Assembly (NCBI GenBank): GCA_026770705.1
Contig: JANJGN010000014.1
Coordinates: forward strand, 115,196,001 to 115,260,000
Origin: Isurus oxyrinchus
Taxonomy: Eukaryota
Reading direction: 5' to 3'
Length of the DNA: 64,000 nucleotides
Shown: piece after piece, positions 40,026-51,960 of the stretch
Layout of the letters: each line of letters opens with the position of its first letter
How positions within the stretch are numbered: position 1 is the first letter of the stretch
The notes under the pieces: generated by a model
Databases searched by the model: none
What the model was told of the DNA's origin: nothing
What the model saw: only the letters and a program-made list of their open reading frames with translations
Translations under genes and position numbers: made by a program

Positions 40026-41007
40026 CCCTCTGTTTAAGCTGTTATTCCCCCTTTTTAATTTTTGCTCCTTGACCCATCACCATTGCAATTGTTTTCTGCC
40101 AGCCAGGAGGTCAAGGTGCTCTGGGCCGGCGTGCAGTTTTCCAAAGTGGCTGTCAACTGTTCTAGTGAAGGACCAAACTTAATGTTTGCCCTTTCCCAGG
40201 CGCCAATGGACCTGCTTCGTATTTGTCAGCATTTACAAGTTTTTCTTGCCTTTTTTTTGTTTTGTGACTGCCAGACAGGTTATGCCCTGTATGAACTACC
40301 AGACTGCCTACCAAAGTGATGACAATAACAACACACTGTTTCACTTCTGCCAGCCACAAAAACACCCAAAAAAATGCCCTAGTTGGTACTTTTTATATAT
40401 CTTTTAGACATTGAACATATCCGGTGGTAATGCAAAATATTACAGTGAAAATCTTAAGTGTTACAGCGAATTGAATTCAAGAAGTGTTATTTTCTTTGAA
40501 CATAACCTATGACACACCGTTCAGCAGTTCAGCAATTGTTTCTAAATTTAAATTAATCTAAAATCATCTTTTTTCCTATGAGCGTCCTGTGTTTGGTCTT
40601 GCAATTACAATTCTCCTGCTGGTGGGTTATTCACCCTTTCTTCTTCTTCTCCTTTGGTCACAAGGTGGTTGATAGAGTGGCTGGGAGCCTTGGTTAAGAA
40701 TATTGCAACTGATTATTGCTATGTGCATCTTTTCTGGTGCTACAATTTTTGGTATGTTCTGGTTTACTGTGCTAAATTAGCATCTGGTTACAGAAAGAGA
40801 TTGGAGATGTTTGTGACCTTGATACAGGTTTATAGTGAGATGTCTGGTGGATATAGGTTATAGTCATCAGTCTCTGAAAATGTATCTTGCTCCATGCAAT
40901 TTGTTCTCAAAGAGCAGCATTCCATGATTCAAGCTTTTGCTGGTAAAATTGACATGACTGATTCTATCATCACAGGATTCGTAAACTAACTGTGTTTACT
41001 TCTCCAA

Positions 41008-41592
41008 TTACTAAAAGTTGCACCAAAGGTTAGCAAGGCCATAAAAAAAGGCAAATCAAGCACAAGGTGTTATTGCTATAGGGATAAAATTGAAAAGTAG
41101 GAATGTTATGCTAAATCTTTATAAAATCTTGGTTAGACCACATTTAGAGTGCTGCATGAAGTTCAGGTCACCATATTATAAAAAAGGTTATACAGGCATG
41201 GAGAAGATTTACAAGGATGAAACCAGACATGTGTGGATATACATGTCAGGAAAGGATTGGCGGGCTGAGTCTCTTTCTTTCTTGAAAAATGAATGCTGAG
41301 GGGTGGCCTAATCGAAGTCTTCTAAATTTTGAAAGGTTTCAAGAGAATGGATACAGAGAGAATGTTTCCTTGTGTGGGCAAGAGCATAACTAGAGGCCAT
41401 CAATATAAGGCCCTCAGCAAGAAATCATTTAAGGGAAAACTAGACAAACATATGACAGAGAAGGGAATAGATGGTTTTGATCATAGATTTAGACAAGTAA
41501 AGATGGGAGGAGACTTGAATGGAGCATAAACATCGAAATGGACTGTTTTGGCTGATTAGCCAGTTTCTGTGCCATATATCCTATGTAATGCA
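41008..41592 (+). mobile_element. CR1 LINE 3' fragment
   Basis: KSRNVMLNLYKILVRPHLECC and FPCVGKSITRGHQYK are CR1 ORF2 C-terminal motifs. Confidence 0.9.
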
Positions 41593-41594
41593 AT

Positions 41595-41972
41595 TTTGTC
41601 ACTTGAAGGCACTGACCTATGTTGCTCTGCGGGCACTGGTTACCTCCTTGCTCATTCACCCATGTGGAAATCTTTATCTGTAAGCCCATGCAGAAAGAAT
41701 CACAGAGATATTCGACCATGGGAAGCATCGCTATCTGGCCTGATCTTGCCCTCAACCAGTATAAGCAAATGTGCACATAGCAGAAGTTGCTGGCTGACAA
41801 TCAGGAACAAGAATTCTGTATTTTATTGCTGTTCTCTAGCCTAAGGACCAGTAAAACCAACTGCAAAGCCCCAACTGTTGCCAATCAGCACAGAACAGGG
41901 ATCAAATCTGGGGCATTCCTGTCCTGTACAGTTCAGTAGCACACCAGGCAGTACACTGCACCACTGGGGTGT
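41595..41972 (-). mobile_element. AmnSINE2-like SINE
   Basis: tcagcacagaacagggatcaaatctgggg..cagtagcacaccaggcag is the reverse-complement head. Confidence 0.7.
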
Positions 41973-42907
41973 CAGGACAACTAGACTTTGTTTCTGTGCT
42001 GACTGGCACACTCCCCTGTTTGCCAGCAACAGTGTATTGAATTGGCGATTGGTTGCTGCTGCCTGCTTTCAGTCTATCCCTATTCTCCCTGCATATGTAC
42101 AAAATACAGTAACAGATACAATGGTTTCCATGGTATTTTGTCCTCCAATCCCGCCTGTAAAATAATATATATGGTAATCAAATTGGGTTAGAGGTGTGTC
42201 AGGTTAATTGAAAAAACGATGTCCAGAAGGATAATGCTCCTTCATAATCTCCCCAAACAGTGAAAGAAGGAGGCTGCTCCTTTAACGAGGATCTGAGAAA
42301 TGTCTCTGCACACAGTGTGTGCAGGCGCAAGGTGATACGTGTAGCCTTAAATAAAGAAATGAACTCCACTTGCCAGTCAGCAGCTCCGGGGAGTTGGGAA
42401 ATACTGTTCTCTCTCCAGCTTTGCACATTTTGTTGGATTAGCTCTGGTCCAACCCAGGTGCATCTTATTTAAACAAAACTACACAAATTCATTACTGAAC
42501 TGGAGAAAGCAATAGCTGGCTTCGACTCTAACCATGAAATATTTTCTTTTTCTTTGAATGTAGCCAAATTGAGAGAAAAAAATACATCGTTTGCCATGTA
42601 ACTTGAGTATTTCTTCACAAGGGAGGAACATCGAATTATGCGCAATGCTAACATTCCCTGAAGAAAAAAGTTATGTTATGAGGCTGGTGCTGCCATTCAC
42701 AATCCTCCCTGTCTTGCACTAAAATCATATGGACAGAGCATGTGGATTGTATTTGCCAGATTTTGTTGTTCTGACAAACTAAACAAAAATGGTAGCAAAT
42801 TTTATGCTATAATGTTTTAGAGTGGAAACAAACTTTGACAGAAACAAGAGTCAGTTGCTGATGCTGTAATGCTCACATGGGCACAGCACTCCCCTGTGCC
42901 ATTTGAT

Positions 42908-43318
42908 CTGAGGTGGCTCAGCTGATAAAACCAATGGCTTAGAACACAATTGAGCAATGCAAAAACAAAAAGAACAAGTCCCACCCTCAGTATGTGTTGT
43001 AACAGTGGATCTTGAGGAGGGCTGATATATATTATATAACAGATTTATTGGCCTTGGTGCTCCTAACCTCGGGATGTTTTGCTAAGATAAAGGTGCTATG
43101 GAGATGCAATTTGTTATTGTAGCGTTGAGGAGTGGGGAGACAGAATCAGCCAGTGTTCCCACTTTTGGTTGCTATCCAATGATGCCTGTTCCTCTTGTGT
43201 GGACATTGGGCAATCCACTGGCACTCAAGTGTGTCACTTGGACAAAATATTGGAGCGGGGCCCATTGTTTAAGGAGACTGTACCCCAGTAAGAGGCAGCT
43301 CATTCAGGAAGGAAAGTA
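42908..43318 (+). mobile_element. AmnSINE2-like SINE
   Basis: gtggctcagctg head; aatcagccagtgttccc..gctatccaatga; gactgtaccccagtaagag end. Confidence 0.65.
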
Positions 43319-45114
43319 AACTGTATCACCAAGATGCATAGTACAATATCACTGCAGCCTTGCTGACCTGGTGCAACATTGCTGCTGTGGTTTGAATCAC
43401 ACGTACATCAATAAGCATCATTTACTTCCGTGAGTAAGTGATTATGCCATTCACTACACTAGTTTGCTACCTGTGAACTTCTCACACCAGGCAAGTTTAA
43501 ATAAAAAGGTTATATGCTATGAAAAGCAGCATGTGTATTTTGGCATCAGTTTCAAGGCAATAACAAGTCTCGGGAGTTCAGAGGACATTGACTAACCAGT
43601 TCTTGTGGTTTGTCAACAGAATCTGAACCCCTTGATTTGGCGTATTAGTTACTGTTTTGTAACATGCTGTTTGCTATGAATTATCCTGAATGCACTTCCT
43701 AAGTTTGATTTCCTATTATTCTGGAGTTTACACCATTGGGAATGTGAACAGACTTCAATAGAAGGCTAAAGCAAACAAGAATGATCAGTAAAGTAGGTTA
43801 TTCAAATACAAATGACACAGTACATAACGTACCAGCATATTAAGACTGGGGTGTGCATAATTAAAGGGGGAAATAATGAAATGATATATATATAGTATTC
43901 CAGTTAATCAAGCCTGTCTGGAATAACTTTATGTCAGGAGCTGGTGGTGAGTGTGTGATGCTACAAGCAGTTTTCCTTTGATCGCCCACACATGATAATG
44001 GACACATGCTGAATTATACTGACTAGCTTGTCACTACCACTTAGGTTGCATGGCAGAGTGCTGCCTATTTCTTAGAAAACACTTTTTAAAATGAAATAAT
44101 TCCACAAATAGATAGTTAAAGAGGAATTATATTTGACTGAAATACACTGTAATCCTTAAAAGTAAGATACCTGTACACTTATTGGTGCCACTTGGTCTCA
44201 TGGTTACCTCTTACTGCCCCAGTTCTACATTTTTACAAAGTGCTGGTTTGAGGCAGCCAAGCAGCAGACATTTTGTCTAGAGCTCATCCTCAGGTGACAT
44301 CATGGATGGAGACAGTGGTTTGTGGGCAGAAGTCCACATTCATGATGTCAAGTGAAGCAAAGATTTATGATTATAGTCATGTAATTCATGGATAGTGAGA
44401 AGCAATTGAAAGGCTACAGAGAAGTGTACCTTTATGATATATATAGGATTATAGTGTAATGCGTTTCTCCTTTAATACCATCGTAAGCTAGATATTTATA
44501 TATTCAAAACAATGATTCCAACTGAATGTAGGCCGGAATGGTCCCAGGCTCAAACCCATTTAATTGCAGTGCAACAAATGGTGTCGGCAGCCCTCAGCAG
44601 CTAAAGATATGACTCTGCTTCAATGTCCAATTGGAGCAATGTCCTGGCAGAAAGTGCACATGTATGGCCATCAGATTCAGGCCCAGCTTGAAGCAATTTC
44701 CCAGCACCCACACACCTTCCACTGCGATGACTACCCCTGTAACTCCCCCTCCCCCAAGTGGTTGAATAGCTTGATGACGTTCACCATTCTGACTCATGCT
44801 TGAAGAATAGCCACTTGGTTGGGCAAGACCCTGGAGGTTACCCAGCAGCTGTAGAACGTAGCACCAACATGAGTTAGCACCTTCAGGAGTGGTGATAATT
44901 GGATGGGTGGGGGTGGGATGGGACATTTAAAATAAAGTCTTTCATGTAATTATGTAATACTTGAATAAGCGCTTACTGTCCCTCCCAAATCTTTAAACAT
45001 TATATCCCAAACAACGATCCCCAAACTCTTGCAAGGAAATGTTAAGGACAGGTTTGATCTAATTCTAAAACAATACTTACAACAAAAGCAAATGTAATTC
45101 AGTCACATCCATGT

Positions 45115-45270
45115 ACTGTCACACACATTCTTACAACTCACCCTCACTCACACACACATTCTCCCTCTTACATACACCACATATATATCTGAACATTTGC
45201 GCACTTACGCTTCACACTCCTGCACACTTACACTCACACATACATTCACTTACAAACAAACGACATACAC
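45115..45270. repeat. CA-rich low-complexity tract
   Basis: Directly visible. Confidence 0.85.
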
Positions 45271-45684
45271 TTAGGTGTTCACCCTTCCCAAAACACAATG
45301 TCGGGCATAAATACACCAACATTTGCAAACTGTTCTGTGATAAGAATTACATTTTGAGCCAAGTTCTCTTTAGACCTGAAGTTGTTACCAATATTTCATT
45401 CTCAGTAAAAGCTCAGCTAAGTTACTTTCTTTGCAGGAGGTATTATTTAAGGGGTGGTGGGGGGTCGGGGTTGTGGTGGGGCAGGGAGGTGGAGGTGGGG
45501 GAAGGGGAAAGTAGATGGTGAAGAGAACTGGTTTTAAGAGTAGAAGTGAATACGCATCAAACACCTCATTACAACAAAGGTTGTGTCAGGACCCACAATC
45601 ACAACTCCGTCACCAGATATTCCAACCTTCCCAGGCAGTTACCTAGGCAGCAGCAAAAAGTCCTATCGTGAAAAGAATACTCAC

Positions 45685-45723
45685 ATAGACACACAAAAAA
45701 GGCGTTGAGGTGGTGATTGTCAT
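45685..45723 (-). CDS. Candidate alternative first coding exon end (MTITTSTPFLCVY, phase 0)
   Basis: ATG at 45723, 13 codons, donor TAT|gtgagt; second donor TAG|gtaact at 45643; lies at the end of ~800 bp of unique CpG-retaining sequence. Confidence 0.28.
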
Positions 45724-47074
45724 TCAGACACCCTTTAGCTCCCTTGCCAATGAAAATGTGCACGCAAGTTTTTTTTTTAAAGTGCAACTACATAAATCCT
45801 TCCTTTTCCCTAATTCCCTGTTAGCTCCTAGGTTCACAGATATGTAACCACAATTAACATGCGCTGGCTAGGGATTTGCACAGCCGCCATCCTTCAGGCT
45901 GTATCCTGATGAAGTAGTATATTATTTCAGCTGGTAGTTCAACAAAGCTTTGGGATGAGACTGATTGATTAAGACCAGATGGATGGCCACACATAGGTGC
46001 GACAAAAATAGAACACATTGCAGACATTCCTGGCATTGCCCTTCTATGGACAGAGGAGGTGAACAGAATGTGTCTACCTTATCAGCCTCCTGATGGGACA
46101 GGGAAGGCAGGAATGTGTGACTATGGCAGGGATGGAGAGTCAAGGGGTAATACAAGAGATAGGCGGAAGAACTTAGGCTCCTGGGTCAGTCATGTCGCAG
46201 CGTCTCTCTCTCTCCTCAGCGTGAAGTTTCACTTAATGTTCTGCCGGAGCCAAAGCCGTTACCTAGTTGTTATAAATCGTCTTGGATTTCACTGTCAAAT
46301 CTGTGGAACTACTGATCTCCGGCTGGTATCTCCGGTAGCTGTGCACTGCCTGCAGGGTATGATAGATTGTGGACCCCTGTTCTGATGTTGTATACTCCAA
46401 GAAAAAAAACTTTTCTTCTGCCTGCTTCAGTTAAAAAAAAAACCCACATTCAGTCAATATCGCAGATGTGCTTTGAAGAGGAGGCTTTTCAAAACATTTA
46501 GGTTAGAATCCAAATCATCTGTGTATTCAAGAAAAACCTGATGATTTTCCAACAATTATTGTTCATTTATACCAGGAATTAACCTAATGTCTCACTCTTA
46601 AAAAACACTCCTCATTCCTTTCTATCAGTCACAACCTTGTGCTTTTTCACATCACAATGAACAAAATTAGTTTTGCAGCTTATGTGCGGAACAAACTTCT
46701 GCATTGATTCAAAACCCACATCTTCTCTATTATCTTAACCCTAGTTAGGAAAGCTTTGCAAGCTAGGAGCTCAGTAAGGGCGTAACATCTGAAATGGTTA
46801 AGTTTTAGTTTCATGCTTTTCTCATGAATTTTTACTTGATGTGTTAGTGCCTTATGACTCCTCCTCCGCTAGTATATATCTATAGATCTAAATGGATAGA
46901 ACTTCTTTATTACACAGCTAGGTTTGTCATGGAATCTCCAAGAAGTAAAGATTATTCTCCTAAACAGCGCTTCATGCAGCCCTGGAGTAAAATCAAAAGG
47001 GGCCTGAAAAGAACTGCACTTATTTTTCCTTTTTTTTTGAACACTTTCATTTTGGAGTTATAAAATCAGTGGAG

Positions 47075-47170
47075 ATGGCAAGAAGAGGCTGCTTGACTGG
47101 GTAGGGCACTTGGAGGTAGGAGGTCATGTGATGAAAACTCCACAATTACATCCAAGCAAAGTTGGCAACT
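47075..47170 (-). mobile_element. Partial hAT MITE (same family as 50360-50673)
   Basis: tcatgtgatgaaaactcc..gttggcaac is the reverse complement of that element's left end. Confidence 0.6.
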
Positions 47171-47355
47171 GGACATACCTGCAAGCTGGTGCTGCATCAA
47201 AAACAAAATATAAAACACTTAATTTTATTACTGTAACCCAGAACTGAATTGTATCAGCGTAAAAATATACATATTAAACTAGGCCCAATATCCTTCGTTT
47301 TGTTTTACATTGTTTGCAACAGATTTTTGTGTCAAACAACAAACTGTCCATCATA

Positions 47356-47622
47356 TTACATAGAGCTTACAGAACAGAAAAAGACCATTTAGCCCAACAG
47401 GTTCATACTGGGGTTTACGCTCCACACGAGCCTCCTCCCACCTTACGTCATCTAATCCTATCAGCATTCCTTATATTCTTTTTCCACTCATACATTTACT
47501 TAGGTTCCCCTTCATATGCCTCTATGCGGCTCACCTTAAACACTCCTCACATTCTCACCACTTTCTGAGTGAAGAAGTTTCTTCTGAATTCCTTATTGGA
47601 TTGGTTAACAATTATCTTACAT
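47356..47622 (-). mobile_element. CR1 LINE 3' end fragment
   Basis: Minus ORF SNKEFRRNFFTQKVVRM followed by CR1 3' UTR. Confidence 0.85.
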
Positions 47623-48544
47623 TCATGCAGTGAATGTGAACACATACTCAAAACTTCAAAGATCATTTTTTTTAAGTTTCTATTCGAAGTCCCATAATCA
47701 GTCAACAGCCATTGTAGAATTTTCAGAAGTGTCATTTCAAAGCTTGGGACATGTGAGTCAACGTTTATTCCATAATGGTTAAAACTGAAGCTCAGTAACC
47801 ACTGACACGTTCAGCTGCTCTGGATCTGACTTTATCTCTCATTCATAATTTTTAACAATTGCTGTACTCAAATGCATGCTTCAAAATTAGCAATGGCTGC
47901 CATTTTATACCCCAGGCAGCAAAATAAAATTGGATTTTTTAAAAAATGGAACAGTTGCTCTGAACTTAGTGGCATCAACTCCACCTTATGAAACTGTGAG
48001 GTGTTTGCTGATCTTTCACATTTCTTTTGTTTTTCGACACAATGTAATGATATAAAATTTAGTCCCGTAATTTACCATCATTGAGTGAAAGGCAAGTGGT
48101 CAAGGTTCAATATTATAGATTGCAAAGTTAGCTTGAAACACTGGAGTATTTGCATGATTACCTTTGGGGATCATGTAGACACTTCACTAGTCTTTTCTCC
48201 TTGAAAGTTTTCCCTGTGCTTCCCAACCTTTATCAGGAGACTGAAGAACTTGTGGAGAGTCCATGACTGTTTGAATTGTACATGGCCTGTTGGAAGGAAT
48301 ACGTTTGATGCGCAAATGGCTTTTTACATTCCAAACTTTATTTTCTTATCGAAAGACTGAATAAGTTGGAGGTCTCACATGATCACCTCTGGATTCTAAC
48401 TACACCATGCAAGAGTGCCCAAATTGAAAACGTTATAATCAAGATACTGAGTGGAATATTTTCTGTTATCAGAAACGTGTATTAAATTAGATACAGGGTG
48501 AGCTAGCAATTCACTTTATTTTGCACCTTTGGCAGACACATATG

Positions 48545-49075
48545 GAATGATTTTAATTCAACCCACCCGGCAAGACTGGACAGGTGGATAGTTAAAATTA
48601 CCCAGGTTATTTACTTGAGCTGGAGCCATGGGGAGCTAGACTTTAAATTGGTTTAGTTGACGTAACCGAGTCGGCGACACAGAGATCTACATAAATTCGG
48701 CAGTCTCCCTTAGAATATATGTATGCCAGATCAAAATTATGCCATTGAGACCTAACTGCAATTTTCATTATGTGGCTTGAATTGGAAGTGCCAATGAATT
48801 GCCCACAAGGAGGCCAGAAGAGTCCCAAAAAGATAAGTGCACAAACATTTATCTTTGATGCTGCTTGATCTGCTGAATATTTCCAACATTTCTGTTTTTT
48901 TTTTCTTTCTACTTTCCCTCTGACAGCAGGGTTGCTCTTCCAGGCTTCACAAGGAAAGCTCAGCTGCAGCCGCCCCCCCCCCCCCCGCCCCCCTTTATTA
49001 CCATGAACCCAAACATAACATCCATCCCCATATCACTGCCCCCCACCCCCCGCACCGATCACAGCTGGTCCATTT
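48545..49075. mobile_element. Decayed Harbinger-like MITE fragment containing a short Penelope-like piece (48857-48900)
   Basis: gattttaa..cccaccc..ggtggatagttaaaat inverted start; gatgctgcttgatctgctgaatatttccaacatttctgtttt matches the PLE arm. Confidence 0.45.
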
Positions 49076-49077
49076 AT

Positions 49078-49335
49078 CTCTTCAGATGGGCATTTAAGAA
49101 GTGTTATTTAAAGAAAGGTGGAGAGTTCTCTCAGTCTCCTGATCAACATTCTTCCCTCAACTTCCCTCAAGTACCATGAAGCAGATTATCTGTTCATTCA
49201 TCTTTTTGCTGTTTCTGGGACTCTAGTGTGTGTAAAATGGCTGCCACATTTGCCAACATAACAGCAAAGTAATTGTATGCAAAGCATTCTGCAATATTTC
49301 TGAGACACATGGTAAGCCGCCATATAAAAAAAAGC
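49078..49335 (+). mobile_element. DeuSINE (SacSINE1-like) fragment
   Basis: cagattatctgttcattcatc..tgctgtttctggga..aaaatggctgcc. Confidence 0.7.
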
Positions 49336-49934
49336 TTTTTTTATATTTTGCTGCTATCTCCTAAAAAGCTCAACTTTATTGGATTATATTTTACTCTAAA
49401 CAACTAATGGCATAAATAAGATGTACATTAATAAGGTCTATTGCTACCAGAATTTAACTTCAACATGGTAAAAGTCCAACGACATACATTTGGTAACAAA
49501 CTAAATGGTGGATGTTGATGCCCCATGACAAGGGAGATGCTAAAGTCCAACTCAGATAATGGCTGGAAGAATTATGCTGCCACATAAAGCAATCTAAGAC
49601 CAACACAAAAAGGGGTTAAATTGGACAGTCTCTAAAAATGCACACAGGGATTAATGTGTGATTAATCTGCATCCGTTAATTGCAATGCAAGCAGCCCGCC
49701 AACCTCATGCTGCCTGCTCATTTGAATGATCGCAGTGTCCAGCCACTGCGAACCAAGTTGTTCATTGATTGGATGTATCAGTAGGGGGCCAATATCATGA
49801 GTGGCTAGTACCAATTAAAGCTAGCCTACACTGCTCAATGCTAACCTGCACCTCTTAAAGTGGAGGTGCATTGTGGCTGAAGCAAGAGCTGCAAGTCATG
49901 GCTGAAGAGAGCTTGACCTAGTAAAAAATGTAAA

Positions 49935-51960
49935 GTAGCACGACAGAGGAGAGAGAGAGAGCCCCAAAGTTTTCAGATGCTGCCCTGGTGGTCTTGGATG
50001 AGGATGTGGAAAAGAGGAGAAATGTCCTGTATCTGCAGGGAGGTGGGGGGAGGGGGGGTGGGGAACGAGCCCTCCAGACACTTGTCAAAAGGCAGTGGGG
50101 AGCAGATAACCATGAAGGTCGATGCCAGGAATCAAGCCCCAAGGACTTGGTTGCAGTGTCGCAAGAAGTTTAATAACCTCACACGAGTGGTCAAGGTCAA
50201 TGAATGCATCTTCAATTCCCCTATCCTACTAGCTGCAACCGGAGTCACAGCCATTAAAATTACCATACACCCAGAGCTCATGCACCAATAATCTCTCTCA
50301 ATCAGGTCTCCTACCCAACATTCATGTTTCACTCTAACCTTACACAAAAATCTCAGACCTATGGTTGCCAACTGTGATTAAATGTATTCCTGGAGGTTTC
50401 ATCACATGATATTCCCCCATGTTCCAGCCAGTTGTTGGATTCAAAAAGACTCATTACCAAATTAGATGATGCTTGACTGTCAGCCAACTAGCCTTTTCTC
50501 CCCATTTTCAATATTTTTATATCTGGTAAAGAGAAATGTTTGAAAAAAAGACCAAAAAAAACTGTTTTAACAACCCTATGATTTTTCTCCAGGGTTTGCA
50601 TAGATCTGTGTCCTGGAGATTGATCTTCAACTCCTGGAGACTCCTGGCCAATCCTGCAGGGTTGGCGACCCTACTGACACCCTCTTCTACATTACACACC
50701 ACTCAGTGACATACTTCCCAAGAGAGGGCAATGCAGGACAATGATGTACAAGAAAAGGCAGCAGCAGTTTTTTGAGTGGAGATAGGTGAGCTTGCATGTC
50801 CTAAACCCACTGGAGGAGGCCGGGCTGGCCATATTGCAACAGCCATTGCTGAGGCTACAGCCAGCAGTGGGGATGAAGCCATTGAATACGATGGTATCCT
50901 TAGAGCTAACCCTCCTTCTCACATACCATTGCCCCCTCATTTCACACTCTCTTCTGATTTACAGTCTGCAGATCGTGGAAGTATGCACCTCTTACTTTCC
51001 TCCCTCTCCACACCACAACCATACCCTTGTGCCCTTTTAACTTCAGATACTGAAAAGGTCCAACATGGCCAGGCAATGGAGGAATGTCAAAAGAGTGACA
51101 TTAAACACACAACACTATCACTTGTTTTCATACTCGCAGACACCAACTCAGATAGTGACACTATTTTGGAGGATTGATTAGGGGTGGGCTTTGTCCTTTG
51201 TGAGACACTGGGCACAAGTGGCCTGCAGCCAGGGCAGGGGAAAGGATAACACAGGTCTCAGCTCCCCCACATGGGTTCCACTAGAGAAGAAGGCTGATGG
51301 ATATGCACAACTGCACAACAAACTGCTTGGTACAATTGGAAACCTGCAGAAAGCTTGCAGTCAATGTCAGGGAACATGGAGGAGTCCAACATACTGACAT
51401 AGATACAACTTTGTGCAGACCTTAGAACCCATCTTTTCCATCAAGGAAATAGTGACCAATTCCATTGGCCACACTTGTGGGCCCAATCATGACACGGTGT
51501 CTGATTACCATGGCTGCAACTTCCATTGCAACACAAGCTGCAGCAACCCAATACCTGAAAGGGAAGCTCCAACCACTTTCATGCAAGGTTAGCTTGTTGC
51601 CATTCAAGTTTAGGAGCTAACATGATGCCAATGTATTACAATGTGAAGTGGAGCTTGCAGGGTGTCACAGCAGTCCAACACTTTGTCCTCAATAGATTAC
51701 CAGGATTGCTGAGGCACTGTCATGGATGAATGGCAATGGCTCTATGGAGCACAAACCTGCTGTAATCTCTCAGGAAGGCAGTTTGCATCCTTCAGCCCCT
51801 GCCGCTTCATTAATGCCCTTGCTGTTGCCTGTCGGCTCGCCAGCCCACACTGCAGCAACCCATGCAAAGATGGTATACTCTGTAACCCAGCCTTCAAGGC
51901 CAAGAACTGGTTAACAACCTCATTTAAGGCCATCTGCTGTCTCTTCTACTGAAAGTTAGG
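49935..51960 (+). pseudogene. Harbinger Myb/SANT-like (NAIF1/MSANTD-type) DNA-binding protein pseudogene, 3 exons
   Basis: Exon 1 (~49935-50195) RAPKFSDAALVVLDEDVEKRRNVLY..W/EQITMKVDARNQAPRTWLQCRKKFNNLTRVVK; exon 2 (50737-50893) SLHVLNPLEEAGLAI..AIAEATASSG; exon 3 from 51047; GT-AG boundaries; frameshifted. Confidence 0.85.
50360..50673. mobile_element. hAT-type MITE nested in intron 1 of the Harbinger gene
   Basis: TIRs tatggttgccaac / gttggcgacccta; 8-bp TSD ctcagacc / ctgacacc (6/8). Confidence 0.8.
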
